A stretch of DNA of 64,000 nucleotides from Candidatus Zhuqueibacterota bacterium (GTDB lineage: Bacteria; SM23-31): the NCBI GenBank assembly GCA_042564455.1, contig JBHPLC010000004.1, positions 2,270 through 66,269 of the forward strand, given 5' to 3'. A program made the translations under genes and the position numbers. This document shows positions 37,678 to 45,876 of this stretch, in pieces (position 1 is the stretch's first letter; every line of letters begins with the position of its first letter). The notes beneath the pieces were generated by a model. It was given only the letters and a program-made list of their open reading frames with translations, had not been told where the DNA came from and did not search any database.

Positions 37678-38973
37678 TTAGAAGCTGATTCCCAGTTCAA
37701 ATTCCCACTGGTTCATTTTCAGTTCGATATTCTGCGGAGTATACAGAGCATTAGGTCCTGTAATACTGCTCGACAGTGCTCTCATAACAGCAAAATCGAT
37801 CTCTCTTGTTCCGACCATTTTTGAGAGACCGAAAGTAATATGCTGTTCGATGACACCCGGCGCCAGAATATTGAACATCATTTCGCTTTCCGGGATCGGC
37901 TGTTTGCCGAAACTGTAACCTGCGCGAAGAGTTAAACCGCTGTTGACCATGTACTGTCCGCCGAACTTATATACAGTCATATCTTCCCAACCAAAACCTG
38001 GTCCCCCATCAGCACCCAGCTGTGCCATCATCAGATTCGGAAGCATCGGGTTGGCGATAGATTTTATCTTGCTGTAACAAATTGTCTGAAGATCAAAACC
38101 CAGTGTTAACTGCTCTGTTGCATTTAAAGCGATACCCACACTCCAGTTGGAAGGGATATCAAAACCACCCTGCTCAGCAAAAAGACCTGCATATTCTTCA
38201 AACTCGCCCATGGTCAATTTTGTCTGGTATGCGGCTCCAACGGAGAACTTGTCACTAAGTTTTCCCATGTAACCGAACCTTGCGCCGAAGCCGAATGAAT
38301 TGGAATCGTTGTCCGTAAGGTTTTGAGGAGAACTCGAAAAACCAGCGAAAGCCTGCAGACCCTGAGCTTTGAACATCTGATAAGCTGCGATACCGGTAAT
38401 ACCGATAGCATGGTTATCGTTCAGTTTTCTTGCATAAGTAATACCTGCGAACAACTGAGACAGATTAACACCTGTCGGCTGAGTAACCGTGACCATAGGA
38501 TTGTTAAAGGTCTTGGTATCATATTCGGTGTTCATTCCGCCGTTACCGAACAGAGAGAAACCGATTGAGCTGCTGCTGTCAATTTTCCTGTTAATTCCAA
38601 AACCCGGAATAAAGAACGAAGTTCTTCCGCTTTCGATCGTTCCGTTCATCAGCGGGAAAGCTCCCGGAGGAGTATTCTGAGGAAGCGGAGGATTACCGAT
38701 CACAGTATATTCCCTGTTGGGATTAAAAAGACTGACGCTCAGGTCAGTTTTATTACCAACAAAAACCATCCCTGCGGGATTGGATGCAGCGGCTAATGAA
38801 CTTAAAGGAATTGCCATTCCCACACCGGCCATACCTTTGCTTTTTGTGCCCCATCCGTATGCGAAATAACCATTTGATGCAAAAACACTTGCAGACAACA
38901 TGATCACAACAGTAAAGACCACTGTCACATACAGGAGCTTTCTTCTAATACCAGAAGCATTAAGAGTAAACAT
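37678..38973 (-). CDS. Outer-membrane transport protein, OMPP1/FadL/TodX family
   Basis: Signal peptide. 'NGYFAYGWGTKSKGMAGVGMAIP...NPAGM'. Beta-strand periodicity. C-terminal 'FELGISF'. Confidence 0.7.
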   Translation of the reverse strand: MFTLNASGIRRKLLYVTVVFTVVIMLSASVFASNGYFAYGWGTKSKGMAGVGMAIPLSSLAAASNPAGMVFVGNKTDLSVSLFNPNREYTVIGNPPLPQNTPPGAFPLMNGTIESGRTSFFIPGFGINRKIDSSSSIGFSLFGNGGMNTEYDTKTFNNPMVTVTQPTGVNLSQLFAGITYARKLNDNHAIGITGIAAYQMFKAQGLQAFAGFSSSPQNLTDNDSNSFGFGARFGYMGKLSDKFSVGAAYQTKLTMGEFEEYAGLFAEQGGFDIPSNWSVGIALNATEQLTLGFDLQTICYSKIKSIANPMLPNLMMAQLGADGGPGFGWEDMTVYKFGGQYMVNSGLTLRAGYSFGKQPIPESEMMFNILAPGVIEQHITFGLSKMVGTREIDFAVMRALSSSITGPNALYTPQNIELKMNQWEFELGISF

Positions 38974-39043
38974 AACATCACCTGCTAATTAAACATGAAT
39001 TAAATTGTTAAATACCATTATTTATAATGTTTCCAAAAATTTT

Positions 39044-39523
39044 CTAAGTAAAGATTATCTGTGCACCGGCAGACTTCTCATAGAACTGTCCGACAGAAAT
39101 AATATCATCTACCTGAGGACAGAAATCCTCTTTTTTCAGTTTATACATGTCAACCGTTGCTTTGCATGCGTACATTTTAACACCAGTGTCACTGATCATT
39201 TCGACAAATTCCCTGATCGGCGGTATATCGATCCTTTCCATTTCCTTGCTCATCATTTTTGTCGCAAACGCTGACATTCCGGGGATTGCGCCGAGCATTG
39301 TTGGCATATGCATTCCGGGATTTCCAACCGTTGCTATCTTTATATTATCCATCCTCTTGTCTATAACGGCATCGAGTCCGAAAAATGTAAAGAACAATGT
39401 TGCCTCGATCCCTTCCATGCTGGCTCCGTTCGCCATGATCAATCCGGGATATATTCCGTCAAGGGATCCCTTGGATATGATAATTGATACTTTTTCTAAA
39501 GGTTCAGGTGTATTTCCAGACAT
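39044..39523 (-). CDS. DsrE/DsrF-like family protein
   Basis: 159 aa. 'VSIIISKGSLDG...ATLFFTFFGLD', 'KMYACKATVDMY'. Confidence 0.6.
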   Translation of the reverse strand: MSGNTPEPLEKVSIIISKGSLDGIYPGLIMANGASMEGIEATLFFTFFGLDAVIDKRMDNIKIATVGNPGMHMPTMLGAIPGMSAFATKMMSKEMERIDIPPIREFVEMISDTGVKMYACKATVDMYKLKKEDFCPQVDDIISVGQFYEKSAGAQIIFT

Positions 39524-39538
39524 TCTATTCTCCTTTTA

Positions 39539-39868
39539 TTATATACATCCCGTGGGTTTCGGCAGTCCGGCGATCTTGGCTGCTTTTTTTGCCGGACCCT
39601 TAGGAAAAAGCTGGTACAGCTCTTTTGTCTGAACACCGCTTTCCTTTGTAAGGCGCCTGATAGAAGGAGCATCTCCTTCTTCAGTATAAACTTTTCTCAT
39701 AAAATTGAGAACGAGCCAGTGCCGGTCGTTCAAGTCTTCTATACCGACATCCTTTGCGAGTTCCAAAGCAAGACCCTCATCCCAGTCTTCCAGATTGGTA
39801 AGGTGGTCATCTGCATCAAACTCAAGAGTTTTACCTGCTATTTCTTTTGTAGCCATTTTTCTCTCCAA
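39539..39868 (-). CDS. TusE/DsrC-family sulfur-relay protein (single C-terminal Cys)
   Basis: 109 aa. 'FDADDHLTNLEDWDE', 'HWLVLNFMRKVYTEEG', C-terminal 'PKPTGCI'. No second Cys about 10 residues upstream, so TusE-type rather than DsrC-type. Confidence 0.7.
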   Translation of the reverse strand: MERKMATKEIAGKTLEFDADDHLTNLEDWDEGLALELAKDVGIEDLNDRHWLVLNFMRKVYTEEGDAPSIRRLTKESGVQTKELYQLFPKGPAKKAAKIAGLPKPTGCI

Positions 39869-39871
39869 ACT

Positions 39872-40579
39872 TTAATTCACTTGATTTTTCTGATTTTCAA
39901 TAACCTGTATATTTTCTTTCTGAGACGACAGGTTCTGCAGAAATTTGATCGCAAAAAGCATCCCCTTTTTCATCTCAGGTGATTTAAGTTCTTTCATAAG
40001 TCCGTACATCGAAACCTTTCCCGAAACATCGATCTCAAGGTTCCTGTAAACTGATACAGCATTATTCACAGTCTGAAGCATCTCAGGCTGGGTAACATCC
40101 TTCAGTATATTCAGCATTGTAACTACATTCTCACCAAGTTTCTTAACATCCTCTACCGAATACGAAGAGACTATAATATCCACAACCCTTGAAAGTTCTT
40201 TGAAAAATTCGAAATACCCTTTCCTGTCGAATTCATCCAGCCTGTTCATAAAATCGATAGCCAATTCCCTGGTTATCGGTGATACATCCCTTATAAAATC
40301 ATTAGTTTTTTCGAGCTGTTCAAAAAGCCTGGTAATGTTATTTACATTCCTGAGAAGTTTTTTGAAGAGGTGAAGAATATCTCCTGTCTGTATATGATCG
40401 TGAACCTCTTCAAGTTCGAGTACAGCAGACTTGAACACATCTTTACCGACTCGTGTGAGATCGTCCTTAAGGTCTTCCATCTCGCGGCGGTGTTTCCTTT
40501 GAAGTTCGATCTCCTCAAGAATTACATCCAGCTTTCCGTTTATTGAATCTATCTGAGTCTGAATATCGTTGTCTTTCAT
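39872..40579 (-). CDS. DUF1641-like helical protein
   Basis: Helical, coiled-coil-rich 235-aa protein directly downstream of the FAD oxidoreductase. C-terminal 'LMKELKSPEMKKGMLFAIKFLQNL'. Confidence 0.5.
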   Translation of the reverse strand: MKDNDIQTQIDSINGKLDVILEEIELQRKHRREMEDLKDDLTRVGKDVFKSAVLELEEVHDHIQTGDILHLFKKLLRNVNNITRLFEQLEKTNDFIRDVSPITRELAIDFMNRLDEFDRKGYFEFFKELSRVVDIIVSSYSVEDVKKLGENVVTMLNILKDVTQPEMLQTVNNAVSVYRNLEIDVSGKVSMYGLMKELKSPEMKKGMLFAIKFLQNLSSQKENIQVIENQKNQVN

Positions 40580-40581
40580 GT

Positions 40582-41811
40582 CTAAGCCCTCTTTCCTGCC
40601 ATGGACATATGTGTTTCAACCGGCAGTTCAAGACCCTTAAGCAGAAAATTCCAGTATATCCACCTGAACATGACCTTGCCGTAATGATTCATCTTGGTTT
40701 CTTCCAGCAATGAGAATGGTCCTACACCCGGTAACGGATATTTTCCCGGCAGCGGTTCTGTATCATAATTAAAATCGATCAGGATACCTTTACCGAATCC
40801 TGATTCGATATAACAGTTGGCATGACCGTCGAATTTAGCTAACATCTCACGTCCTTCAATAGCGCTCAACAGGTTCTCATAAAGTATCTCAGATTCGAAA
40901 TGTGCTACCGAACCGGCTTTGGAACTCGGCAGGTCTGTCGCGTCACCAATAACAAAAATGTTCTCGAATTTCTTTGACCGGAGAGTCTCAGGATCCGTCG
41001 GGATAAAATTAAACTCGTTTCCCATACCGCTTCTCTCTATCGCCTCATCGCCCATATTGGTCGGAATAGTCACCAGAGTATCAAACTCTATCTCATCTTC
41101 TTCCCAGGATACAAGCGTTTTTTTATCGTTATCGATCCGTGCCAGACCAAATTCAGTAGTCAGTTTGATGTTCTTCTTGTCAAGAAAATCAGACAATATC
41201 CCGGATGCTCTCGGTTTAGTAAATGCTCCCGGAAGAGGAGTTACAAATTCGATCTCAACCTTGTCCCGGATACCTCTTTCCGTGAAGTACCAGTCTGCCA
41301 GGAATACAAATTCCAAAGGAGCGACCGGACACTTGATCGGCATTTCCGTTACATTAACAACGAGCTTTCCACCTTTCCAGTGTTTGAAGTGATTTGCCAG
41401 TGCACAGGCACCGTCAATGGTATAAAAATCGAATATTTCCTTATACCAGAGTTTGTCTTTCATACCTTCGGTCTCATCAGGACGGATCCTCGCACCTGTG
41501 GCAATGATCAAAAAATCATACTGCAGAACAACATTATTCTTAAGGATCACTTTATTATTATCAGGTTCGATCTTGTCGATCTCCGACACTATAACATCTG
41601 TTCCCTGAGGAAAAAAATCGCGTTTCGGCTTTATTACATCTTTCTTTGTGTACATCCCGAAAGGAATGAAGAGAAAACCAGGCTGATAATAATGAGTCTC
41701 CTCCTGGTCAACGATCGTAATGTGCCATTCGTTGGGATTAAGTGCTTCGCTTAGTTTATTCAGCATCATTGTGCCGGCGGTACCGGCTCCAAGTATTACA
41801 AGCTTTTTCAT
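40582..41811 (-). CDS. NAD(P)/FAD-dependent oxidoreductase, sulfide:quinone-reductase-like
   Basis: 'KKLVILGAGTAGT' dinucleotide fold. 'PIKCPVAPLEF'. 'FVIGDATDLPSSKAGSVA'. Confidence 0.7.
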   Translation of the reverse strand: MKKLVILGAGTAGTMMLNKLSEALNPNEWHITIVDQEETHYYQPGFLFIPFGMYTKKDVIKPKRDFFPQGTDVIVSEIDKIEPDNNKVILKNNVVLQYDFLIIATGARIRPDETEGMKDKLWYKEIFDFYTIDGACALANHFKHWKGGKLVVNVTEMPIKCPVAPLEFVFLADWYFTERGIRDKVEIEFVTPLPGAFTKPRASGILSDFLDKKNIKLTTEFGLARIDNDKKTLVSWEEDEIEFDTLVTIPTNMGDEAIERSGMGNEFNFIPTDPETLRSKKFENIFVIGDATDLPSSKAGSVAHFESEILYENLLSAIEGREMLAKFDGHANCYIESGFGKGILIDFNYDTEPLPGKYPLPGVGPFSLLEETKMNHYGKVMFRWIYWNFLLKGLELPVETHMSMAGKRA

Positions 41812-41844
41812 TTATTCCCTCGCATGTTATTTATAACCAATTTT

Positions 41845-42603
41845 CTACTCTTCTAATGAGCTTAAATTTGAAATTTTCTGAAGCTTTTTTACAAATCTTT
41901 TTCTTTCAAGGCCTATTCTTTCGAAAGTAGTGGAAACTTTCAAAAGCCAGTCGCCAAGCTGCTTTTTATTCCGTTTTTCAATTACTTTTATCTTTTTCGA
42001 AGCTTCGGTCAGTTTCTCCATATCAATATCATATTTCCCGGCAAGGCTGCTGATACGGCGCGTCTCTTCATATTTATCTGGTTTATCAGTATAAACCTGA
42101 CCCGAACATATCATCGCTATCAGTTCATCTTCGACCTCTACTTTTGCTCCCAGGTACTGCAGTCCGGCATGACATGTAAAAAATTCCGGTTTATCCCTGC
42201 TGGTATCCGCAAGCTTCTTCCATGAGGCAACACATCCTTTTTTACCTTTTTCAGATGATAAGATCATGCTGCAGAACTCACAGGAATTACTGATATCTGA
42301 AATAGGTTCACCGGAAGTATCGGTTGTAAGAGCGCCCACTTCGGCTATATCAGCGAATACATCCTGTATAGGTTGCAGGCAGTGCAGAGGAAGTATTTCC
42401 GTCGGTTTCACTTCTTCCTGAGGGAGGTCCAATTTACCGGATATCAGCTCTACTACTTTGTCTTTATGAAACCGCCACTGATTCCCGATCTTTACTCCCG
42501 CCAGTCTTCCATCATTAAGCATCCTGTATACTGTAGTGCGGTCTATCTGCAGTAAATCTATCACCTGTTTTGTTGTTAATAAATCTTCCATTAAATGCCT
42601 CAC
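41845..42603 (-). CDS. Transcriptional regulator: excisionase/MerR-type HTH + PocR sensory domain
   Basis: 'LLTTKQVIDLLQIDRTTVYRMLNDGRLAGVKIGNQWRF'. Cys-containing PocR-like part 'CEFCSMI...GCVASW...FFTCHAGL'. Confidence 0.65.
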   Translation of the reverse strand: MRHLMEDLLTTKQVIDLLQIDRTTVYRMLNDGRLAGVKIGNQWRFHKDKVVELISGKLDLPQEEVKPTEILPLHCLQPIQDVFADIAEVGALTTDTSGEPISDISNSCEFCSMILSSEKGKKGCVASWKKLADTSRDKPEFFTCHAGLQYLGAKVEVEDELIAMICSGQVYTDKPDKYEETRRISSLAGKYDIDMEKLTEASKKIKVIEKRNKKQLGDWLLKVSTTFERIGLERKRFVKKLQKISNLSSLEE

Positions 42604-42825
42604 TATGCAATAGTATGCTATATGTTGCTATATTATTTGATGCAAATATAACAGTAAAAGTTTCAATTATCAACTATTATTTTATAAAATATTAATTCCT
42701 GCAGTTGTAAATGTAATATTTTCTATAGGATACAGCCTTGAAACGAAGCCTTACAGAATTGAGAAGGCCTTTTTGGAGAGAAAACTGATTTAATTATAAG
42801 GGTAGATATTCAGGACAGATCCAGC

Positions 42826-43158
42826 TTACCTTAAACTGTCGAGGTTTAGTTTGGCTTCGGGGACCTTTGCGAAAAACTCATTCAGAAGGTCGCAGGCATA
42901 GTCTTCACACTGAGCACAGTTATCAAGCTTCTTTTCGATGCAGCAGTTCTTTATCTTGCACTTGGTGTCACAAAAGTAGAATTTTACACCGCTGTCCTTA
43001 CATCCTTCGCAGTATATCTGTTCGGGTTTGATCTCAGTATCATAGAAACGTGACCATTCTGTTGCGGTTTCTCTTCGGAGGTTGTCGTCGTGTGTTTTTG
43101 TCGCCAGATGCGCCTGGCAGTCTACACAATCTATACCGCAGTATGCTGCTTTTTTCAT
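42826..43158 (-). CDS. DUF3795-like cysteine-rich protein
   Basis: 110 aa. 'YCGIDCVDCQAH', 'CEGC', 'CDTKCKIKNCC', 'CAQCEDYAC'. Confidence 0.55.
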   Translation of the reverse strand: MKKAAYCGIDCVDCQAHLATKTHDDNLRRETATEWSRFYDTEIKPEQIYCEGCKDSGVKFYFCDTKCKIKNCCIEKKLDNCAQCEDYACDLLNEFFAKVPEAKLNLDSLR

Positions 43159-43357
43159 GTTTCTTCCTTCTTTTTTATACTAAAATCAGGATGGTTATTT
43201 AATTTAACATTTTTTTATGTTTATTACAATTTAATTGTAAATTTTTAAATAATTGACTAACTTGTATTTAGTGAATTTTTATTGAATATATAAATGATCA
43301 AATCAGTTCACTGCAGCCTACATAAACTGTTCATATTAATTAATTAAGGCAAAAATT

Positions 43358-43906
43358 ATGGATAGCTTTGTTCCAAGAGAGGTCTTCTTCACAAAAGGAG
43401 TCGGGGTTCATAAATATAAACTCAGTTCCTTTGAGGATGCTTTAAGAATTGCTGGAGTAGCGAATCAGAATATCGTACGGGTTTCTTCAATACTTCCTCC
43501 TGCATGCAGGATCATTCCATTGGAAGCGGGACTGGAAAAAATGAAACCGGGTGCTATCCGGTTTGCCGTTCTTTCCGAGATTTCAACCAACGAACACGGG
43601 AGAAAGATAGCCGCTTCGATAGGTATAGCTCTACCGAAGGATCGGGAAAAGTGGGGATACCTGAGTGAAGTGCACGAATACGGTCTTACAAAAAAAGACT
43701 GCGGAGATATGTCAGAAGATCTGGCCGCCTCCATGCTCGGGACCACCCTTGGAATTGAAATAGATCCCAATAAAGCATGGAGCGAAAGAGAACAGTTGTA
43801 TAAAGCGACTGGACTGATAGTCCGTGCGACAAATGTTACACAGGTTGCATCAGGAAAAAGCGGTCTGTGGACTACCGTTGTGGCCATGGCCGTTTTTATT
43901 ATGTAG
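43358..43906 (+). CDS. pdaD: Pyruvoyl-dependent arginine decarboxylase
   Basis: 182 aa. 'FFTKGVGVH', and the self-cleavage Ser-Ser in 'IVRVSSILPP'. Confidence 0.8.
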   Translation: MDSFVPREVFFTKGVGVHKYKLSSFEDALRIAGVANQNIVRVSSILPPACRIIPLEAGLEKMKPGAIRFAVLSEISTNEHGRKIAASIGIALPKDREKWGYLSEVHEYGLTKKDCGDMSEDLAASMLGTTLGIEIDPNKAWSEREQLYKATGLIVRATNVTQVASGKSGLWTTVVAMAVFIM

Positions 43907-43918
43907 AAAAATAAAACC

Positions 43919-44779
43919 ATGCACGGAAGAACAGGTATTTTTTATCAGAACATATTTTCCCTGAATGAAGCGGACTGCGCTGTCGTGGGTCTACCGTGGG
44001 ACAGTACCGTCTCCGGACGGCCGGGCGCACGTTTCGGTCCCCGGGCAATTAGGGATGCATCACTGAACATTGAGGACTACTCACCATATCTTGACAGGGA
44101 TATCTCCGGTAGAAAAATTCATGATGCTGGAGACATTGAACTTCCGTTCGGCGATACTGAAACCACCATTGGAATTATTGAAAAAACTTATATTGATCTG
44201 CTGGAAAACAAAATCCCGGTTCTTACTCTTGGTGGAGAACATTTGATATCCTGGCCTGTTATAAATATAATGAGCAGAATTTATGGAAGTGATCTTTTTA
44301 TCATTCAGATAGATGCACATGCAGATCTACGCCGCGATTACCTTGGGAACAGATTCAGTCATGCCTGCGTAATGAACCTGGTTCATGAACTGATCGGAAT
44401 GGAAAACTCAGCGGCTATCGGTATCAGATCCGGTACAGAAGATGAATGGAAAACTCTGAGGACTCAAAAACACTGTTTCGGCGATCTGTTTGAAAACCGT
44501 ATTGAGGATTTCAGGAATTTTGCTTCAGCAAACCTTAAGAACAGAAAAATATATATCACTCTTGATGTGGATGGTTTTGATCCTTCACTGGTCAGAGGTA
44601 CCGGAACACCCGAACCGGGAGGGCTGGATTACGATCAGTTCGTATATATTATTCAGTCCCTGAAGGGCATGAATATTATTGGTGCCGATATTGTTGAACT
44701 TGCACCGGACTATGATAATTCCGGTGTTTCAAGTATTATTGCCGCTTCAGCTATGCGTGAATTACTATTATTATTTTGA
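43919..44779 (+). CDS. speB: Agmatinase / ureohydrolase family
   Basis: Mn-ligand motifs 'QIDAHADLR', 'LDVDGFDPS', 'GADIVELAP'. Confidence 0.8.
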   Translation: MHGRTGIFYQNIFSLNEADCAVVGLPWDSTVSGRPGARFGPRAIRDASLNIEDYSPYLDRDISGRKIHDAGDIELPFGDTETTIGIIEKTYIDLLENKIPVLTLGGEHLISWPVINIMSRIYGSDLFIIQIDAHADLRRDYLGNRFSHACVMNLVHELIGMENSAAIGIRSGTEDEWKTLRTQKHCFGDLFENRIEDFRNFASANLKNRKIYITLDVDGFDPSLVRGTGTPEPGGLDYDQFVYIIQSLKGMNIIGADIVELAPDYDNSGVSSIIAASAMRELLLLF

Positions 44780-44785
44780 GGAAAA

Positions 44786-45859
44786 ATGCCGGATAAACTC
44801 GAAAATTTTAAAAGACTGATCCCGGGTAAGATCACAGGTTCCGTAAAGGAACTGATCGAGAATTCATTCCTGGCGTATAACAGTGCCCGGTTCAGAGAGT
44901 CCTGCCGGCTGTTTGTTGACAAGCTGAGCAAAGAAAATGTAACCATTGGTTTTACAGCTGCCGGGGCATTGACACCTGCAGGCCTTGGAGCGTCCTGCCT
45001 TGTACCGCTGATGAAAATGGGATTAATGGACTGGGCGGTTATGACCGGTGCAAATCTCTACCATGATCTGCATTTCGCTTTAGGACAAAAATTGTTTATG
45101 GGTTCACATACTTTGGATGATACAGACCTTAAAAAGAATAACATTGTCAGAATATACGACATATTATTCAAAAATGACGTTTTGTTCGAAGCAGATTCTT
45201 ACTCAAAAGATTTCTGCAGCGCCCTCGGAGATATAAAAAAGATCGGTTCTGCGGAATTCCACTACCTTTTAGGACAGAAATTACTAAAAGACTATGGAAA
45301 ATTCAAAGAAAATTCAATATTGATGACTGCGGCGGAACTATCCATACCCCTTTTCACTTCTTCTCCGGGAGATTCCACACTCGGGATGAACATGTCTGTT
45401 TTGACCCTGGAAGACAAAGAACTTAATTTTGATACGGTCCTTGATGTTAACCAGACATCTGCAATTGTATACAATGTGAAAAAGTGCGGAGGACATTCGG
45501 GGATTGTTATGCTTGGCGGAGGTTCTCCAAAGAATTTTGCTCTTCAAACAGAACCCTATGTTCAGGAAATACTCAATTTGCCGGAAAAAGGTCATGATTA
45601 TTTTATCCAGTTCACTGATGCAAGACCAGATACCGGCGGATTGTCTGGAGCCACTCCTTCCGAAGCTGTTTCGTGGGGAAAAATTGATCCTGAAAAACTC
45701 CCTGATTCAGTTGTGTGCTACGGTGATACAACAGTATACTTACCTCTGCTGACCGCATACATTAACGAGTCAGAAATAAAAAAAGAACCAAAACGTCTTT
45801 ATGACCGGCTTGATCCTTTATTAGAGATCTTGAAGAAAGATTATAGGAACAATTTATAA
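44786..45859 (+). CDS. Deoxyhypusine synthase-like protein (bacterial homologue; possible homospermidine-type aminobutyl transferase)
   Basis: 357 aa. 'FTAAGALTPAG', 'MTGANLYHDLH', 'MLGGGSPKNFALQ', 'SGATPSEAVSWGKI'. Confidence 0.7.
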   Translation: MPDKLENFKRLIPGKITGSVKELIENSFLAYNSARFRESCRLFVDKLSKENVTIGFTAAGALTPAGLGASCLVPLMKMGLMDWAVMTGANLYHDLHFALGQKLFMGSHTLDDTDLKKNNIVRIYDILFKNDVLFEADSYSKDFCSALGDIKKIGSAEFHYLLGQKLLKDYGKFKENSILMTAAELSIPLFTSSPGDSTLGMNMSVLTLEDKELNFDTVLDVNQTSAIVYNVKKCGGHSGIVMLGGGSPKNFALQTEPYVQEILNLPEKGHDYFIQFTDARPDTGGLSGATPSEAVSWGKIDPEKLPDSVVCYGDTTVYLPLLTAYINESEIKKEPKRLYDRLDPLLEILKKDYRNNL

Positions 45860-45876
45860 ATATCCCGGATTCACTT

